DNA from: Antedon mediterranea
Taxonomy: Eukaryota > Animalia > Echinodermata
Assembly (NCBI RefSeq): GCF_964355755.1
Contig: NC_092675.1
Coordinates: 1,793,812 to 1,857,811 of the forward strand
Direction of reading: 5' to 3'
DNA: 64,000 nucleotides
The number at the start of each line of letters is the position of its first letter. Position 1 is the stretch's first letter. Shown here piece after piece: positions 1 through 11,997 of the stretch. The notes beneath the pieces are model-generated. The model saw only the letters and a list, made by a program, of their open reading frames with translations, made no database searches and was not told the origin of the DNA. Both the position numbers and the translations under genes were made by a program.

Positions 1-17
1 AAAAAATATATATATAC

Positions 18-64
18 CACATCACATTTTTTGTCACATAAGCTTTGATAGTGTAGACAAGGCT
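18..64. mobile_element. MITE family A (PIF/Harbinger-like), right-end fragment
   Basis: CACATCACATTTTTTGTCACATAA...TTTGATAGTGTAGACAAGGCT matches the family A right arm. Confidence 0.75.
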
Positions 65-926
65 TTACATTAACCACATCATAGGCTAAATTGACTAAGA
101 CTGGACCAATTCAAACACTGGCTAAAATTTTCTCAGCATTAAATTAGACTGGTTAATTTTACCGACAGTAGTCCAATTTGACCATGTGACTCTGGTAGGT
201 TCATGACCTTAACCATGCGCTTCAACTTAAATTTTGTAAACTTATGATAAAACTAATTGCGTGAAATTATCCAAGTGCAATTGGTCAAATTTTTCTGATG
301 GCCTTGGGTAAAGTTACCTTTTTCAAGTCCAGGAGTTTATAAATAAATTTTACATAAGCTTCATTAAAAAAAAGAAATATGATGTTTACTTACCTATTCC
401 ATGACCTATGATTCCTTATTATCCATTAATATCAGGCAGCAGTATCCAAAAGGCTCACGGTATAATTATCTTGGCCTGTGTGCAGCTTTTAATCAAAGTC
501 AGGCTGAAACAAGGAGTGGAATTAATTGCTGCATCTACTTCTAATAATGAAAAGCAAGCTTTATATCAGAATATAATAGTCTCTGTCTGCTCATTAATGT
601 TCCACTGTAAAGTAATAATTGTCACGCTAGAATGATGTACGACGATTGTTTGAAAGATAGTCATATTTCAGGATTATTATACTGAAAACGCAATGTAACT
701 TTCGTCGATACAATATTTTAATATTTGAAATGAATACTATTTACAACCCATGAACACAAATTTGTTTTTAAATATCAAGATAAAGGAGACTTGTAAAACA
801 TAGGGGAGACTATTGGAAAGCTACTAGCCTAGGTCTAGACCCAAACCAAAATAGTTCCTACCTTGACAAAAACACTGAAGTGTACTTTAATTTTAATATT
901 GGATGGGCTGGTGGTAGAATATACAA

Positions 927-992
927 AGCTCTGTCTACACTATCAAAGTGTGATGTGCCCAAATATCACATTTTGATAGTGTAGACAGAGTT
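927..992. mobile_element. MITE family A, minimal 66-bp internally deleted copy
   Basis: AGCTCTGTCTACACTATCAAA...TTTGATAGTGTAGACAGAG TIRs with a very short core. Confidence 0.8.
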
Positions 993-1125
993 TTACAGTC
1001 AGTTACCTAACAGTACTTCAAAATGATATTATTATTTATATTTATTTATATAAAATACTGTATAAGATTAGTAGCTACAATTTAAAATTATAACATTAAG
1101 TTATTATTTTTGTTTTTTGTTTTAG

Positions 1126-1231
1126 ACCGACGATGATTAAATATGGAATTGATAATATTCGAGAACTAGTTGGTCATAAGGTTAACCTGCAGATGGTTCA
1201 GGAGAATGGTATATGCAGATTAGACAAATGA
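1126..1231 (+). CDS. FARSA: Phenylalanyl-tRNA synthetase alpha subunit, last coding exon (upstream exons outside window)
   Basis: After a tttttgttttag acceptor the exon reads (R)[34 protein letters not shown]. This matches the recalled cytosolic PheRS alpha C-terminus ([25 protein letters not shown]...CRLD). Too short for the ORF track. Confidence 0.93.
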
Positions 1232-1701
1232 AATAACTGTAAAAATAAATTATAAATATATATGAAAATTTGTAAACACAATTACTGGTGTCCCTTAGAA
1301 AGTAAATTGTATATTTGCATTTAAATTTAAATATTTTTTAGCTTAACCATTCAAGATTCACTATGATTTAAATTACAGGACGGTGGTGTACATTTTCACC
1401 CGTTTCAGCTGTCCCAGTTTTTAATAAATTCAATTGTAAAAAATGTAGGTAGTGTAACAACAAACATTTTGCACAGATTAAGTTTGAATTCTTCCTATGT
1501 GTTCAAAACCTTAAATATAGTTAATTAAAGATATGGGCACCAAAAATAACATTCAATATTGCTATATAGATTTATTGTATTTACATAAATTCTTAAAAAC
1601 ATGAAATGTTGCATACGACATCAGAAATTTTACTTCACAGTCTTAAAATTTATGTTTATTTGCATGAAATGCCCATTTTGACATGCCCCCCCCCCCCCCC
1701 C

Positions 1702-1860
1702 TGATGAACGGCTATGAGCGCTCGCTGTCTAAACCAAGGGGCTCTGGATCTTACAGACATTGAAATATGTCGAAAAGGCTAAGAATGCCTGAGGCATCTA
1801 GGGTTGGAGGGCCATTTAGGGTCCCTAAACCAGTGATCTCAGGCCTCTGCATCACACCAC
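1702..1860 (+). mobile_element. Degenerate dispersed repeat family H (hAT-like MITE)
   Basis: Shares GGCTATGAGCGCTC and TTGGAGGGCC..TTAGGGT.CCT segments with 16125-16300, 25858-25992, 32325-32420 and 41579-41711. Other copies end in CAGTGGCGTAA-like termini. Confidence 0.55.
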
Positions 1861-2256
1861 TTGGTACAACCTGTCCAGAGATTGGCTTATTAAATATTTC
1901 TCAAGAGCTGTTGAATCATTTATGGTATTGCCATATAGCTTGCCTAGTGAATGTCTGGCGATCTTAAAACACATGTCAAAGGTCATCACTTCTACATACT
2001 GTATTATAGTAATAGATTAAATACACCTTGACATTGACAGTAACTGAAGCAAGCATGTTATAAATAAACTGCCTTTAAGCACATCACAGCTAGTTGTCAT
2101 ATCAATTCATGTTCCTTGTACCCTTTGGCGGCTTCAAGTTTCTATTTATTAATCGGCCTGTATTGTGACTAGGTGCCGTACAAAAAATCAATCTTGAGTA
2201 TATTTAAAGACTAAAGTTACACAGCATTATGAATGCTTTTACTAAGTTAGTATGGC

Positions 2257-2670
2257 ATGCTGTGTAGCCATGCAATTCAACTGGTAATGTGTATAGGCAT
2301 TATACTGCATTTATGAATGTATTGAATGCTGTAGCCTACCATGCAATTCAACTGGTAATGTGTATAGGCATGATACTGCATTTATGAATGTATTGAAGGC
2401 TGTAGCCTACCATGCAATTCAACTGGTAACGTGTATAGGCATGATACTGCATTTATGAATGTATTAAAGGCTGTAGCCTACCATGCAATTCAACTGGTAA
2501 TGTGTATAGGCATGATACTGCATTTATGAATGTATTGAATGCTGTAGCCTACCATGCAATTCAACTGGTAATGTGTATAGGCATGATACTGCATTTATGA
2601 ATGTATTGAATGCTGTAGCCTACCATGCAACCAACATGGTAATGTATAGACTTTATACTGCATTTATTAA
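2257..2670. repeat. 71-bp minisatellite, about 6 copies
   Basis: Unit GCTGTAGCCTACCATGCAATTCAACTGGTAATGTGTATAGGCATGATACTGCATTTATGAATGTATTGAA starts at 2328, 2399, 2470, 2541 and 2612. A degenerate copy resumes near 2810, after the MITE. Confidence 0.95.
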
Positions 2671-2682
2671 CCTTGCTACTAA

Positions 2683-2799
2683 AGCTCGGTCTACACTATC
2701 AAACTAGTTTGACAAAAAATGTGTGATGTGCCAAATCATCATGTCCATATATGTACAACACATTTTTTTGTCACATAATGTTTGATAGTAGACAAAGCT
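2683..2799. mobile_element. MITE family A
   Basis: Both TIRs present; TAA target duplication at 2680-2682 and 2800-2802. Confidence 0.85.
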
Positions 2800-3463
2800 T
2801 AAGTGAGAATACTGTGTACCCATCCAACCTGGTAATGCATTAGACATTATACTGCATTTGTGAATGGGGATAAATGGTCTTATAATGTTTAATTCACTAC
2901 TGACCAGGCCATATTATTCATTCTGTTGAAGAGGAAACTGAATAATTATCTAATTAAATGTTCACATTTTAAAAGTAATACTGTATTATTGTTGTACATC
3001 TCCGTGACTTTCGTTTAATAAAACGTGTATACGTTATTCCACGTTCCTGGTTACTTAAATACCGCACGGCGTACTGTTGTTTTTCTTCCGTTCACCAGCA
3101 TTTTGGCTATTATTCTCGGGGGTTGGGGGGGGGGGGGAAGAAAATTAGAGTAGTCCTGAAGGTATCGCTAATAGGCCTACTAAAACCCATCTGCTACCAT
3201 ACACTAGTATTGCTAATTTCTATCTATCTAGGTCTACAAACTAATTTATCTGAGTGTAAAACTGCAAACGATCCCTTGCATAATATTACTTACGTGCTTT
3301 AATATCGATAATTACTAAGACCTTGTCGCTTAAGGCACGAGTATCCGAAATAGTCATAAATCTCACTAATTATCAGTTATAACCCTTTCCACTAGCCGTC
3401 AGTGTATCATGTATTTATATATTCACATGTTGATTATATATAGGTCTCTGTATAATTGTATTA

Positions 3464-3700
3464 GAGCGATAGCTAGCTTGGTGGTTAACGTGCTTGCCGC
3501 ACCTCTTAATCTCAAGGTTCGGGGTTCAATCCTGACCTAGTGCCGGGGTTCAATCCTGACCTAGTGCCAGGGTTGTAACTTACGGCTCTTTTAACTCCAC
3601 TCCCTAAGCCTCAAATGAGACTTAGTTTATAAGCATGATAAATTATTAAATAGTTTATCCATCCTGTAATCGGCGGGTTACTCGCTGTTTGTTGGAAAGA
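3464..3700 (+). mobile_element. tRNA-derived SINE (degenerate)
   Basis: A-box TAGCTTGGTGG and B-box GGTTCAATCC. The 24-bp B-box segment is tandemly duplicated (3521-3568). No intact cloverleaf; 3' end uncertain. Confidence 0.6.
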
Positions 3701-4519
3701 TGAAAGAAAGAAAACAAAAACGCGTTACAGGAGGAAAAGGATATGATATTAATATTGCTACTGGTAAAGTAGACCTAATACTAATAGATGCTAACGGATG
3801 TGAAATATAGAGAAACCAATACAGATTTTATAAAGACTTCACGATATTAAATTTCGTTTTAAAACACAGAACAAGTTAAATGGAATAATATTTAACTAAA
3901 AGAACAGAATCGTAAACGGCCGATACAAAATATTGATATGCAGCCTGAAATCGGTCAACGGCTTTCACATTCAACATTACGTTGCTATCTCACGTGATTT
4001 GAATGGGTCATTGCCATGTATATGTCGTGCGGACGTGTGTTAATAATGCCCGACTACTCTCCTTAAAGCAAGCAACAACACATTTAAAATCCTAAAAAAC
4101 ATCGTGATATTTACATGATTATGGTACTTCAACTCGAGTGCCAACATTTAAAGGAGAGAAAGACGTGACTTCACTACCGTGCTCATGCTTCTTGAATAGG
4201 GACTCATACCGTATTCTACAAAAGCTATTGGATTAACTTCAGCATTTTTAATAAAGCTGAATATAAAGGCCTATAATATATATACTGTATTGTATAGAGA
4301 CTGTATATACCCACTTTTATTTACGTTATTTTGGCCATTGGAAATTATGATTATTACTAATCGACCTATCTATGAAATGCCAAATCCCTTTTAAAATTTC
4401 GTAATTATCTAATTAAAAAGGCTTTTAATTAACGTACGGTAAGTTATAATATATGGCAATAAAGTGTATATCGCAGTTTCGAACTATGGTTAACATATAA
4501 AACTACGTAAAAGCAACCA

Positions 4520-4680
4520 CCAGAACCGGACCAGGAGCGAGTTGGTCCGGCTCACTCCTATAGTCTTTTCGGAAAAGGTCCAGTATACACAGTTTTCCCG
4601 TGTGTACTTTAAAGAACCCAGTTCATCATTCGAGACGAGTAGGGGTTCACAAAAACACATGTGTCAGGGGATTACCACCT
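4520..4680 (+). mobile_element. SINE fragment with Deu/Nin-domain-like core
   Basis: TCCCGTGTG..TAAAGAACCC..TTCGAGACGAGTAGGGG resembles the recalled DeuSINE core (GTAAAAGATCCC...TTCGAAGAAGAGCAGGGG). Confidence 0.5.
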
Positions 4681-4944
4681 ATCGGATAGGACAGTCATTA
4701 ATTTGCTATTGGTAATCCTTGGCCATGCTGAAGCCCGTGCTGAAGACTTGTAGTCGATAGAACACAGTAATTTGTCAAAAGTAGGCAAAGTATTAGGGCA
4801 AATAAAATAATAGAAGTAAGTATACATTAATGCGATATTGTTATTACCAAATTTATTTAAAGTGTTTTCTATCAGAAATCGTGTACTGAATAAACAAGAA
4901 TACATGTGGGACTGTCAAATCCCAAACACGCACACTGCAAAGGA

Positions 4945-5103
4945 AGGCCAATTCACACACTGACGATCGAGCGGTAACGGTTGGCGGAAAACCGCGTAGC
5001 TTGTCCCACTGAGAATCTGTATCTCTATCTACAGTGGAAACCGCCCGTCCACTTTGAGTTGTGTGTAAATGGTAATTAGGAATAACAGATTCTATATTGG
5101 CCT
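4945..5103. mobile_element. MITE family B (Harbinger-like)
   Basis: AGGCCAATT...ATTGGCCT ends; internal GGAAAACCGCGTAGCTTGTCC shared with 5171-5620, 39003-39189 and 45964-46149. Confidence 0.75.
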
Positions 5104-5170
5104 TAACACGCTGGTGATGGTTAATACTGTTCATAGTGAGTAGAGTGTTGTCGCCAGATTGTGGTCTTTA

Positions 5171-5620
5171 AGGCCAATTTACACAGACGAGCGGTGTTTG
5201 TGTTTTTTTTTCTTTTTCTGTCTCAAAATGTCATTTTTTGTTAATGTAATGCGTCCGTATAATATGTTTTATGTTTATGCTTAGGACTACAAAGACAAGC
5301 CACTTTGGCTTCTGTTTATCTTAACCCATAAACTTTGTAAAATATTGAATATTGAATAAATGTTGTTGTATATTGAAAAAAACAAACAAAACGGTAAAAC
5401 AAAATAGAATGTGTTGTTATTCCTTATGACCATATACACACACAACTCGGAGTGAACGGGCAGTTTCCGCTCAGGATATAGAGCTGTTTTATTCATGAAC
5501 CTTTTTTACTTGTTTTTATGTGATTTTGATCAAATGAATGAATGAATGAACAGATGTTACGCAGGACAAGCTACGCGGTTTTCCGCTTTAACGTTACCGC
5601 TCGTCATTGTAAATTGGCCT
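5171..5620. mobile_element. MITE family B, opposite orientation, with internal insertion
   Basis: AGGCCAATTTACACAGACGAGCGGT ... ACCGCTCGTCATTGTAAATTGGCCT TIRs, with TTA on both sides. Confidence 0.75.
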
Positions 5621-6099
5621 TTATCATGACAGATGATGTAGTGACCATGATGGCAGAAGGTGATGAGGTCACAGGTGGCCGATATAATTACTGCGATGGT
5701 GACGAGGGAACCTAAACAAATGGTTTGTTATACTTGGATATAATATTTATTATCGTTAGTATTAAATTCATATTAATTCAAATTTTATAGAAATATTGAA
5801 TAACGATATTGCGCCATACGAAAAGTTAGAATGACGTAGTCTGCTTTGTGTGTATGTAGTCTGCTTTGTGTGTATGTAGCCTGCATTGTGTCTGATCTAG
5901 ATCGGTTTTACTAATTAATTATACCAAACAATAAATATTTGATTTGATCGGCTACGTACACATTACCGTATACACGCTACACTTGCCTAAGCCATACGAT
6001 GTCTATCACATTAATGATGACCGCGTAAAAACCCCCTCCCACACTAAAATAACAAATATTACCATATTGTCATTATCATAGCAAATACTATATTGTAAA

Positions 6100-6654
6100 A
6101 TAAATATTATGCAAATGAGGCTGCAAAAAAAGATTATTAAACCAGACAAAATCAAATTAATTTAGTACAAAGACTATGATGACGTCATATTGAAAAGAAT
6201 AATTAAGATTACAATGTAAAAGCTATATTGATTGTTAATATGGTCAATAGCCTGATTAATTTTCTATACCATGGAAATCATATTTGAAGTACAATATGTA
6301 GAACAATAATAATGGGTTATTATGACATATTTTTAATCAAATTAAATGAAACCTAATTAAATATAAAGAAGAGTTCAAAAGTGTACATCATTTCCGCACC
6401 CTATTGTCGGTCCGTGCTTAATGATATCCGGAGTATACAGCGACCACACAAACCCCCTGCCCCTTTCAGAGAGTACCCAAGTCCTATTGTTTGTCTCACG
6501 TTGTCTTTCCCGCATTGATATAGCCGTTCGCCGTGCTTGCGCGGTTGTCACGACACACATTCTAATCAGTCGATCGCAATTGATTGGCAAACGCCGAGTC
6601 GTGGATATAAAACCAAGACGATGTAGGACTAACGATCACTTGTGAGCATAACAC
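6100..6654 (+). promoter_or_regulatory. Putative promoter of the RASD-like gene
   Basis: Octamer ATGCAAAT near 6109, full CRE TGACGTCA at 6180-6187, inverted CCAAT near 6583 and TATAAAA at 6606-6612. CpG-rich stretch just upstream of the ATG. Confidence 0.45.
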
Positions 6655-7395
6655 ATGATGGCCTCTCGTCGACGAGAGAACATGCTAACAAGGAAGGCTT
6701 ACTCATACGACTATAGCAAACATTCTCTTCAAACTGTTCGAGTTGTTGTAATGGGAGCAGCAAAAGTTGGCAAAACATCTATTATTTCTCGATTTCTTAA
6801 TGGGAACTTTGAGGAAAAATACAAACCAACTGTGGAAGGATTTTTCTGTCGTGATTATAAAAGCGTGGATAATACACGAACTGTTCGATTGGAGATTGTG
6901 GACACGTCAGGCTCGTTTGCATTCCCTGCCATGCAAACGCTTTATATCGCTTCAGCTGACGCGTTCATTCTCGTTTATTCGTTCACAGACTATGAATCTT
7001 TTAAAGAGGTTAAAGCTTTGCGTCAACAACTTGTAAGAGAAAAAAAAGACGAAAACTTTCCAATTGTTATTGTTGGAAACAAAGACGATATCGAAGAAAG
7101 GGAAGTATCCAAAGCGGAGGCAGACTTGTCTCTGGATGTGAATGATGGTAAGCACATTGTAGTTTCAACCAAATTAAATCAGAACATCGAAGACATTTTC
7201 TTTAAAACATTAAAAGAATGTAATGTTGAAGTTGACGCGTTTCTATCTCCAAAAGTATCAACTCGACGACGAAGCTTACCCGCAATTTTCTCAGGCCGCA
7301 CATCAGAGAGCAATTCTTGTTCAAGTTCTAGGAGAAGTTCGTTAATTGTTGAGGAGTATACAGCTTCTAAAGACGATCGGTGTATCTTATCGTAA
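6655..7395 (+). CDS. Ras-family small GTPase, RASD (Dexras1/Rhes)-like, 246 aa, intronless CDS
   Basis: G1 GAAKVGKT, G2 YKPTVE, G3 DTSG followed by FPAM, G4 NKDD, G5 STK. Long basic/Ser-rich C-tail with RRRS/RRSS and a CaaX box CILS. These features are typical of the RASD1/RASD2/DIRAS branch. Confidence 0.9.
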   Translation: MMASRRRENMLTRKAYSYDYSKHSLQTVRVVVMGAAKVGKTSIISRFLNGNFEEKYKPTVEGFFCRDYKSVDNTRTVRLEIVDTSGSFAFPAMQTLYIASADAFILVYSFTDYESFKEVKALRQQLVREKKDENFPIVIVGNKDDIEEREVSKAEADLSLDVNDGKHIVVSTKLNQNIEDIFFKTLKECNVEVDAFLSPKVSTRRRSLPAIFSGRTSESNSCSSSRRSSLIVEEYTASKDDRCILS

Positions 7396-8361
7396 CAATT
7401 TACAATGTCTAAACTTATTTATACAAATTGTGGTAGGCCTTTGGTACGTAATTATATCAGGAACAACGAGGTGTTTTAACGAAGCCGACGATGATTGAAG
7501 TAAGAAATGTGTCCAAAAGAAAGCAGTGCGGAAAAAAGCAATGCCATATTTTTTCTAAATTATACATGGTAAAAATGCATACCAAATAAGACACGCTTAA
7601 CTGTACTTAACATTGGATACTTGGTTCAAAATTAACCATACTGTGTATGTACCATGTTTCAACAGCAGAGATTATCTCATGATTAAAACAAACTTTCCAG
7701 CAATGCTTTAAACAGTACGTTTTGATATCCCGATTATAATAGTTAAAATGATCGTGTGTAAAATTGATAACATTCAAAATGAATTTCCATTTGGTAAGAA
7801 AACAATAATTGCGGATAATGATAAATTCTCTACGTCATTATATCTGAGCCATCAATTAGGGTCTCAAACATTAATATACGATAGTCTAGACTACGATAAA
7901 TTATGATCATTATACTGTTATTTTGCTATTTACCGAATGTGACAGAAAACACTTAATCAAATATAAAGCATGCAACAATGTACGTGTCACAGTCAACAAA
8001 AGTAATGCCTTTTGAAGATGAAATATATCGTGTCAAGTGCGTAATTATATGTGACGTAATTACAAGCAATTGAATAACATTAACCGGAAATCTATAGGCT
8101 TTGCTAAACAATCTTATACCTCTTGAAAAAGAATACTGTAATGACAAATATTTTATTATCAAGTAAATTAAACGATCTGTCACAAATTCAGAAATTAAAT
8201 CTCTTCTTTTTAATCCTTGTAATACAGGAAACATAAACATAATTTTGATAACCATACGGTCGTCGCATCATGACAGTCGACGAGTTACAAACAAACAATC
8301 TTATCCTGAAAAGAGGAGTTAATTTCACAAGGATAATACATTTTTGTGAGATTATTGTTTA

Positions 8362-8440
8362 TTATATAACACCTAAATAAATTCCTGTCATTCGATTGGA
8401 CGATTGTGGGTCACATGGCGTGCAATAGTACGCACTATAT
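8362..8440 (+). repeat. Dispersed about 80-bp repeat end, second copy at about 40468-40545
   Basis: TTATAT.ACACCTAAA.AAATTCCTGT.ATT.GATTGGACGATTGTGGGTCACATGGC.TGCAATAGTA.GCACTAT occurs at both sites. Confidence 0.75.
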
Positions 8441-10397
8441 TTGTATAATATTATAACGGAAATTTTATGAATGTTTTATCCTTGGCTGTTGTTTACAAGT
8501 ATGAAACGCCAGCTAATGAACTGTAACCAATAATGTGAAACAACCACTCCAGAATGTAGAAACACCAACAGCTTATATGTAGTCAATATAACAAAAATCA
8601 ACACCAGCTAATGTAGCACGGTCTACTGTCAGGTAGCAAGAAACGAAATTGCCTTACAGCTATAGGCCTAGTTATAACTATATCGCCAGTGTAGGAGAAT
8701 ATATATTTTACAAAAACGTCCATCTCGTAAGCAACCACCTCCCCAAAGCGACCACTATATTAGAATCACATCATCTGCTATGTGATGTCTACCAGATCTT
8801 TTACTCTTACGTCATTAACAAAACATCCGGGTCTGTTTTGTGCATTTGCGCTTAGGCCTATCATTGTCAGTGGCTCTACAAAAATACGTAAAACTTCACG
8901 CACTCATACAAACATTGGTAGTGAATAGTGAATCGTATGGTAGGGCCACAACTTGTGGTGAATCTCTCTATAAGCTTGTGTTTTAAGTTTAATTTTTTTC
9001 AATGTAGACCTAACGCTTTCTTAAATGTCTTAGCAGGGCAATGGATGTCCATCTAAATCTGCATTTGCTTACTATATAGTGCACCATTTACTGTCATATT
9101 TGTTTTCGAAAGTCATTTTAAGATCTATCACTGAACGGCGTGCCTGCTTTCAGTTTATGACCGATATAATGTCATTACCATCATCATTTCGTTGTCATAA
9201 CGTTCACGGATCTCTTATTCAATCAATCTATCTTAGTGGAATTACCATTAGTTGGTGGTTTAGTGTCTCCCTAATGCCTTAATCAGATAAATGGTTATCT
9301 CGGATCTTTCTGGACGCTATGAATTTCACGGCATCACAATAATTAAAGTTATTCACAAGTTAGACTACTACTACTACATCTACTACAGCAATGCATATGT
9401 GCATATACTATTACCTTATTTCTACTTCAATATCTGTATTCTTATAATACTGTAAACATGTTTTTGCGTAGGCCTAATTTTCTCCTCCGATACCACTGAT
9501 ATGTCTCCACGACAGGAACGTGCCCATGTTATGAATAGGCCTACGGTAGGCCTATTTGTTTTTTTCATGTGTCGGAGACGCGGATAGGTTATATCGCCTA
9601 ATTTTGAAAAAAAAATCTCGAAAAACCCCACCATACACAAAAATTAAAAACGATTCAAGATGTAATAATGAGTAAAAATAAAAAAAAAATAATCACTTTT
9701 CAATCTCGTTCTTTTTCATTATTTATAGAGATAATCATTTTTGCACAGCGTTTGTTTTTATTATTTATAGGCCTTCGTCGGACCATAGAGATGTTATTAT
9801 AGTGAATATAGTGTCTCTATGGTAGGACTGTGAAACAAAAAAATTAATGATTATTATATTTATTTCATGTTATAGCCAAAAGCTTGTTATTTTTCATAAT
9901 ATTAAAGTCATAATTTAGCATGATTTAGTTCTGCATCATCTTATGAAATGTAAATACGTCACGTGATGAAATAATACGATAGTAATTGTGGTATAAGTTT
10001 CTAATTTTATAGGCCCAAATAATGACTTTGTCGGACAATGAAAGAAAAGAATAAATGGTTGTTATGTTTATTTCCTGTTATAGCCAAACACTTTCAAAAT
10101 AAAAGTTTCATAATTATTACGCTTATAGTTTAGCAGTAGATTTAGTTCTGCATGGTAAGTCTGTTCTTATGAAATACTTACGTAATCAATAAATCAATCA
10201 ATCAATATCAATTTATTCCATACTAAGGATGTACAAATATGGCATAAAAAAGTTATTGAAAATGGAATTCGAAATAAGCAAAGCTTTTAAGCCGAGACTC
10301 TTAAAACAAACAAGAAGGTAATAAAACATTATTTATATCAATAACAATAAAAACCAAACAAGAATAAATTGGTTGATAATAATAATAATACGACTAA

Positions 10398-10558
10398 AGG
10401 GTCTTTCACATCTGTTCCGGCACATTTCCGGACCGGCGAATCGAACATCAATGTTCCGTTTTCATGCGCCAATCGATAAGCGCGTAGCCGCATGAAAACG
10501 AAACATTGACGTTAGATTGAATTTTCCGGCGCCGGGCGGAACAGGTGTGAAAGACCCT
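10398..10558. mobile_element. Palindromic MITE family C
   Basis: TIR AGGGTCTTTCACATCTGTTCCG / CGGAACAGGTGTGAAAGACCCT, plus inner inverted arms TCAATGTTCCGTTTTCATGCG / CGCATGAAAACGAAACATTGA. A decayed relative lies near 17474-17580. Confidence 0.8.
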
Positions 10559-11058
10559 GTAGTTAGTGGTATATAAGTGTACCATTTTGTACAGCCCAAC
10601 TCAACGACACTTATTCTGCTTTACCACTGACAAAAGTACAGGATTATTATAATGTTGTTGTAAAGGTTTAGCCTTTAAAACAGAAATTAAAGATCGGTTT
10701 ATACGTGAGGACATTCTGTTCTAGCCTCTCTTATCCGTTCTAGCACTCTTCACTTTTACAATCTTAAATGTTGTATTACTTATAAATTGTCTTTGCGTCT
10801 TTCTTTCACGGCCATTATTTTCGCGAAATCACAAGATTTGATAATTCAATAATACATAATTAAAATACGATGAGAGTGGCTCGTCTCAAATGCTCTTATG
10901 TTTGGTTACCATGACGTTTCATGATGCTATGAAACTCCATAAGACGAAATGTATACAGTATATTTGAATCCCTTAGCGTGTCATTTATAAACAATACAAT
11001 AAAACATATTAATAATTGAGAGTAGATATCTAAAGTTTTTTTTTACTATACGTTCATT

Positions 11059-11172
11059 CGATTCTGCAGCTGTCAAAAGATAAAGTCTCACTGACTATCG
11101 CAAGTCATCTAGATACGTATCTAGATGACTTGCGATCGTCAGTGAGATCGTATACTATAAACTACAGAATCG
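11059..11172. repeat. Long palindrome / hairpin element
   Basis: Perfect 40-bp loop-less palindrome at 11097-11136, extending to 11086-11147 with one mismatch; outer arms CGATTCTGCAG / CTACAGAATCG. Confidence 0.85.
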
Positions 11173-11904
11173 GTGTTGATTTACGATACTGTTATGTTAC
11201 TGTTCTTGTAACCGTCTTCTTCTGAAGACACATGGCCGTCATTGACGGATACTTAACTCCTGTTTTACTGATCATGATCTAACGTTTATAAAGTGCTAAC
11301 CCTTTTATTTCAATTTTTGATTGATATAACATTGAAAAAAAAGAGCTACGTTACGGTATGTATAATAATTAATAAAAATGAAACAAAGTGAAAATCTCAA
11401 CGTTTAGTTGTTAAGCTACACACAGCCGTATTCTTCGTTTAGATTGATTTTTCATTTTAAAAATGGTGAGACACTATAATTCAGACAGATGTCTAAAACT
11501 ACCACTTAATGTGAAACACCCCTTAACAATTGTTCAATAAGCATAAGTTAACGAATATGCCTATACAAATTAGGTTGATCACATCGCGTCGTGTGATCCA
11601 CTCTCTGAGCCAGATATTTGAATGTAGTAACGCAGAATTGTTTTAATTATCACTGTCGTTAAGTGTCATTAATCAAATGTAATTTTCACAAGAGCGTGTT
11701 GATTATTACAAATGGTCACAAAGAACATCAAAGAGAAACCGAATTATTATAGGTAAGTCCCTCGTGTTCCGAGACTTAAAATATCGTATACAAAACATTT
11801 ACTTTAGGCCTATATGCCTAAACACACTGTATCTTTCTCATATAATTCACAATCACATTACTATATCACAGATAGGAATAGCGCCTGTCTGATAATAGGG
11901 TCAA

Positions 11905-11997
11905 AGATCTTTCTACACTATCAAACTAGTTTGACAAAAAAAGTGTGATGTGCCCAAATATGGTAGTGATATGCCCAATAATGGTAATGATGCACAC
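11905..11997. mobile_element. MITE family A, left-half fragment
   Basis: TCTACACTATCAAACTAGTTTGACAAAAAAAGTGTGATGTGCCCAAATATGGTAGTG. Confidence 0.75.

Noticed and set aside
6375-7155. Short ORFs overlapping or upstream of the GTPase gene
   Set aside because: Alternative-frame or antisense shadows with no recognisable motifs.
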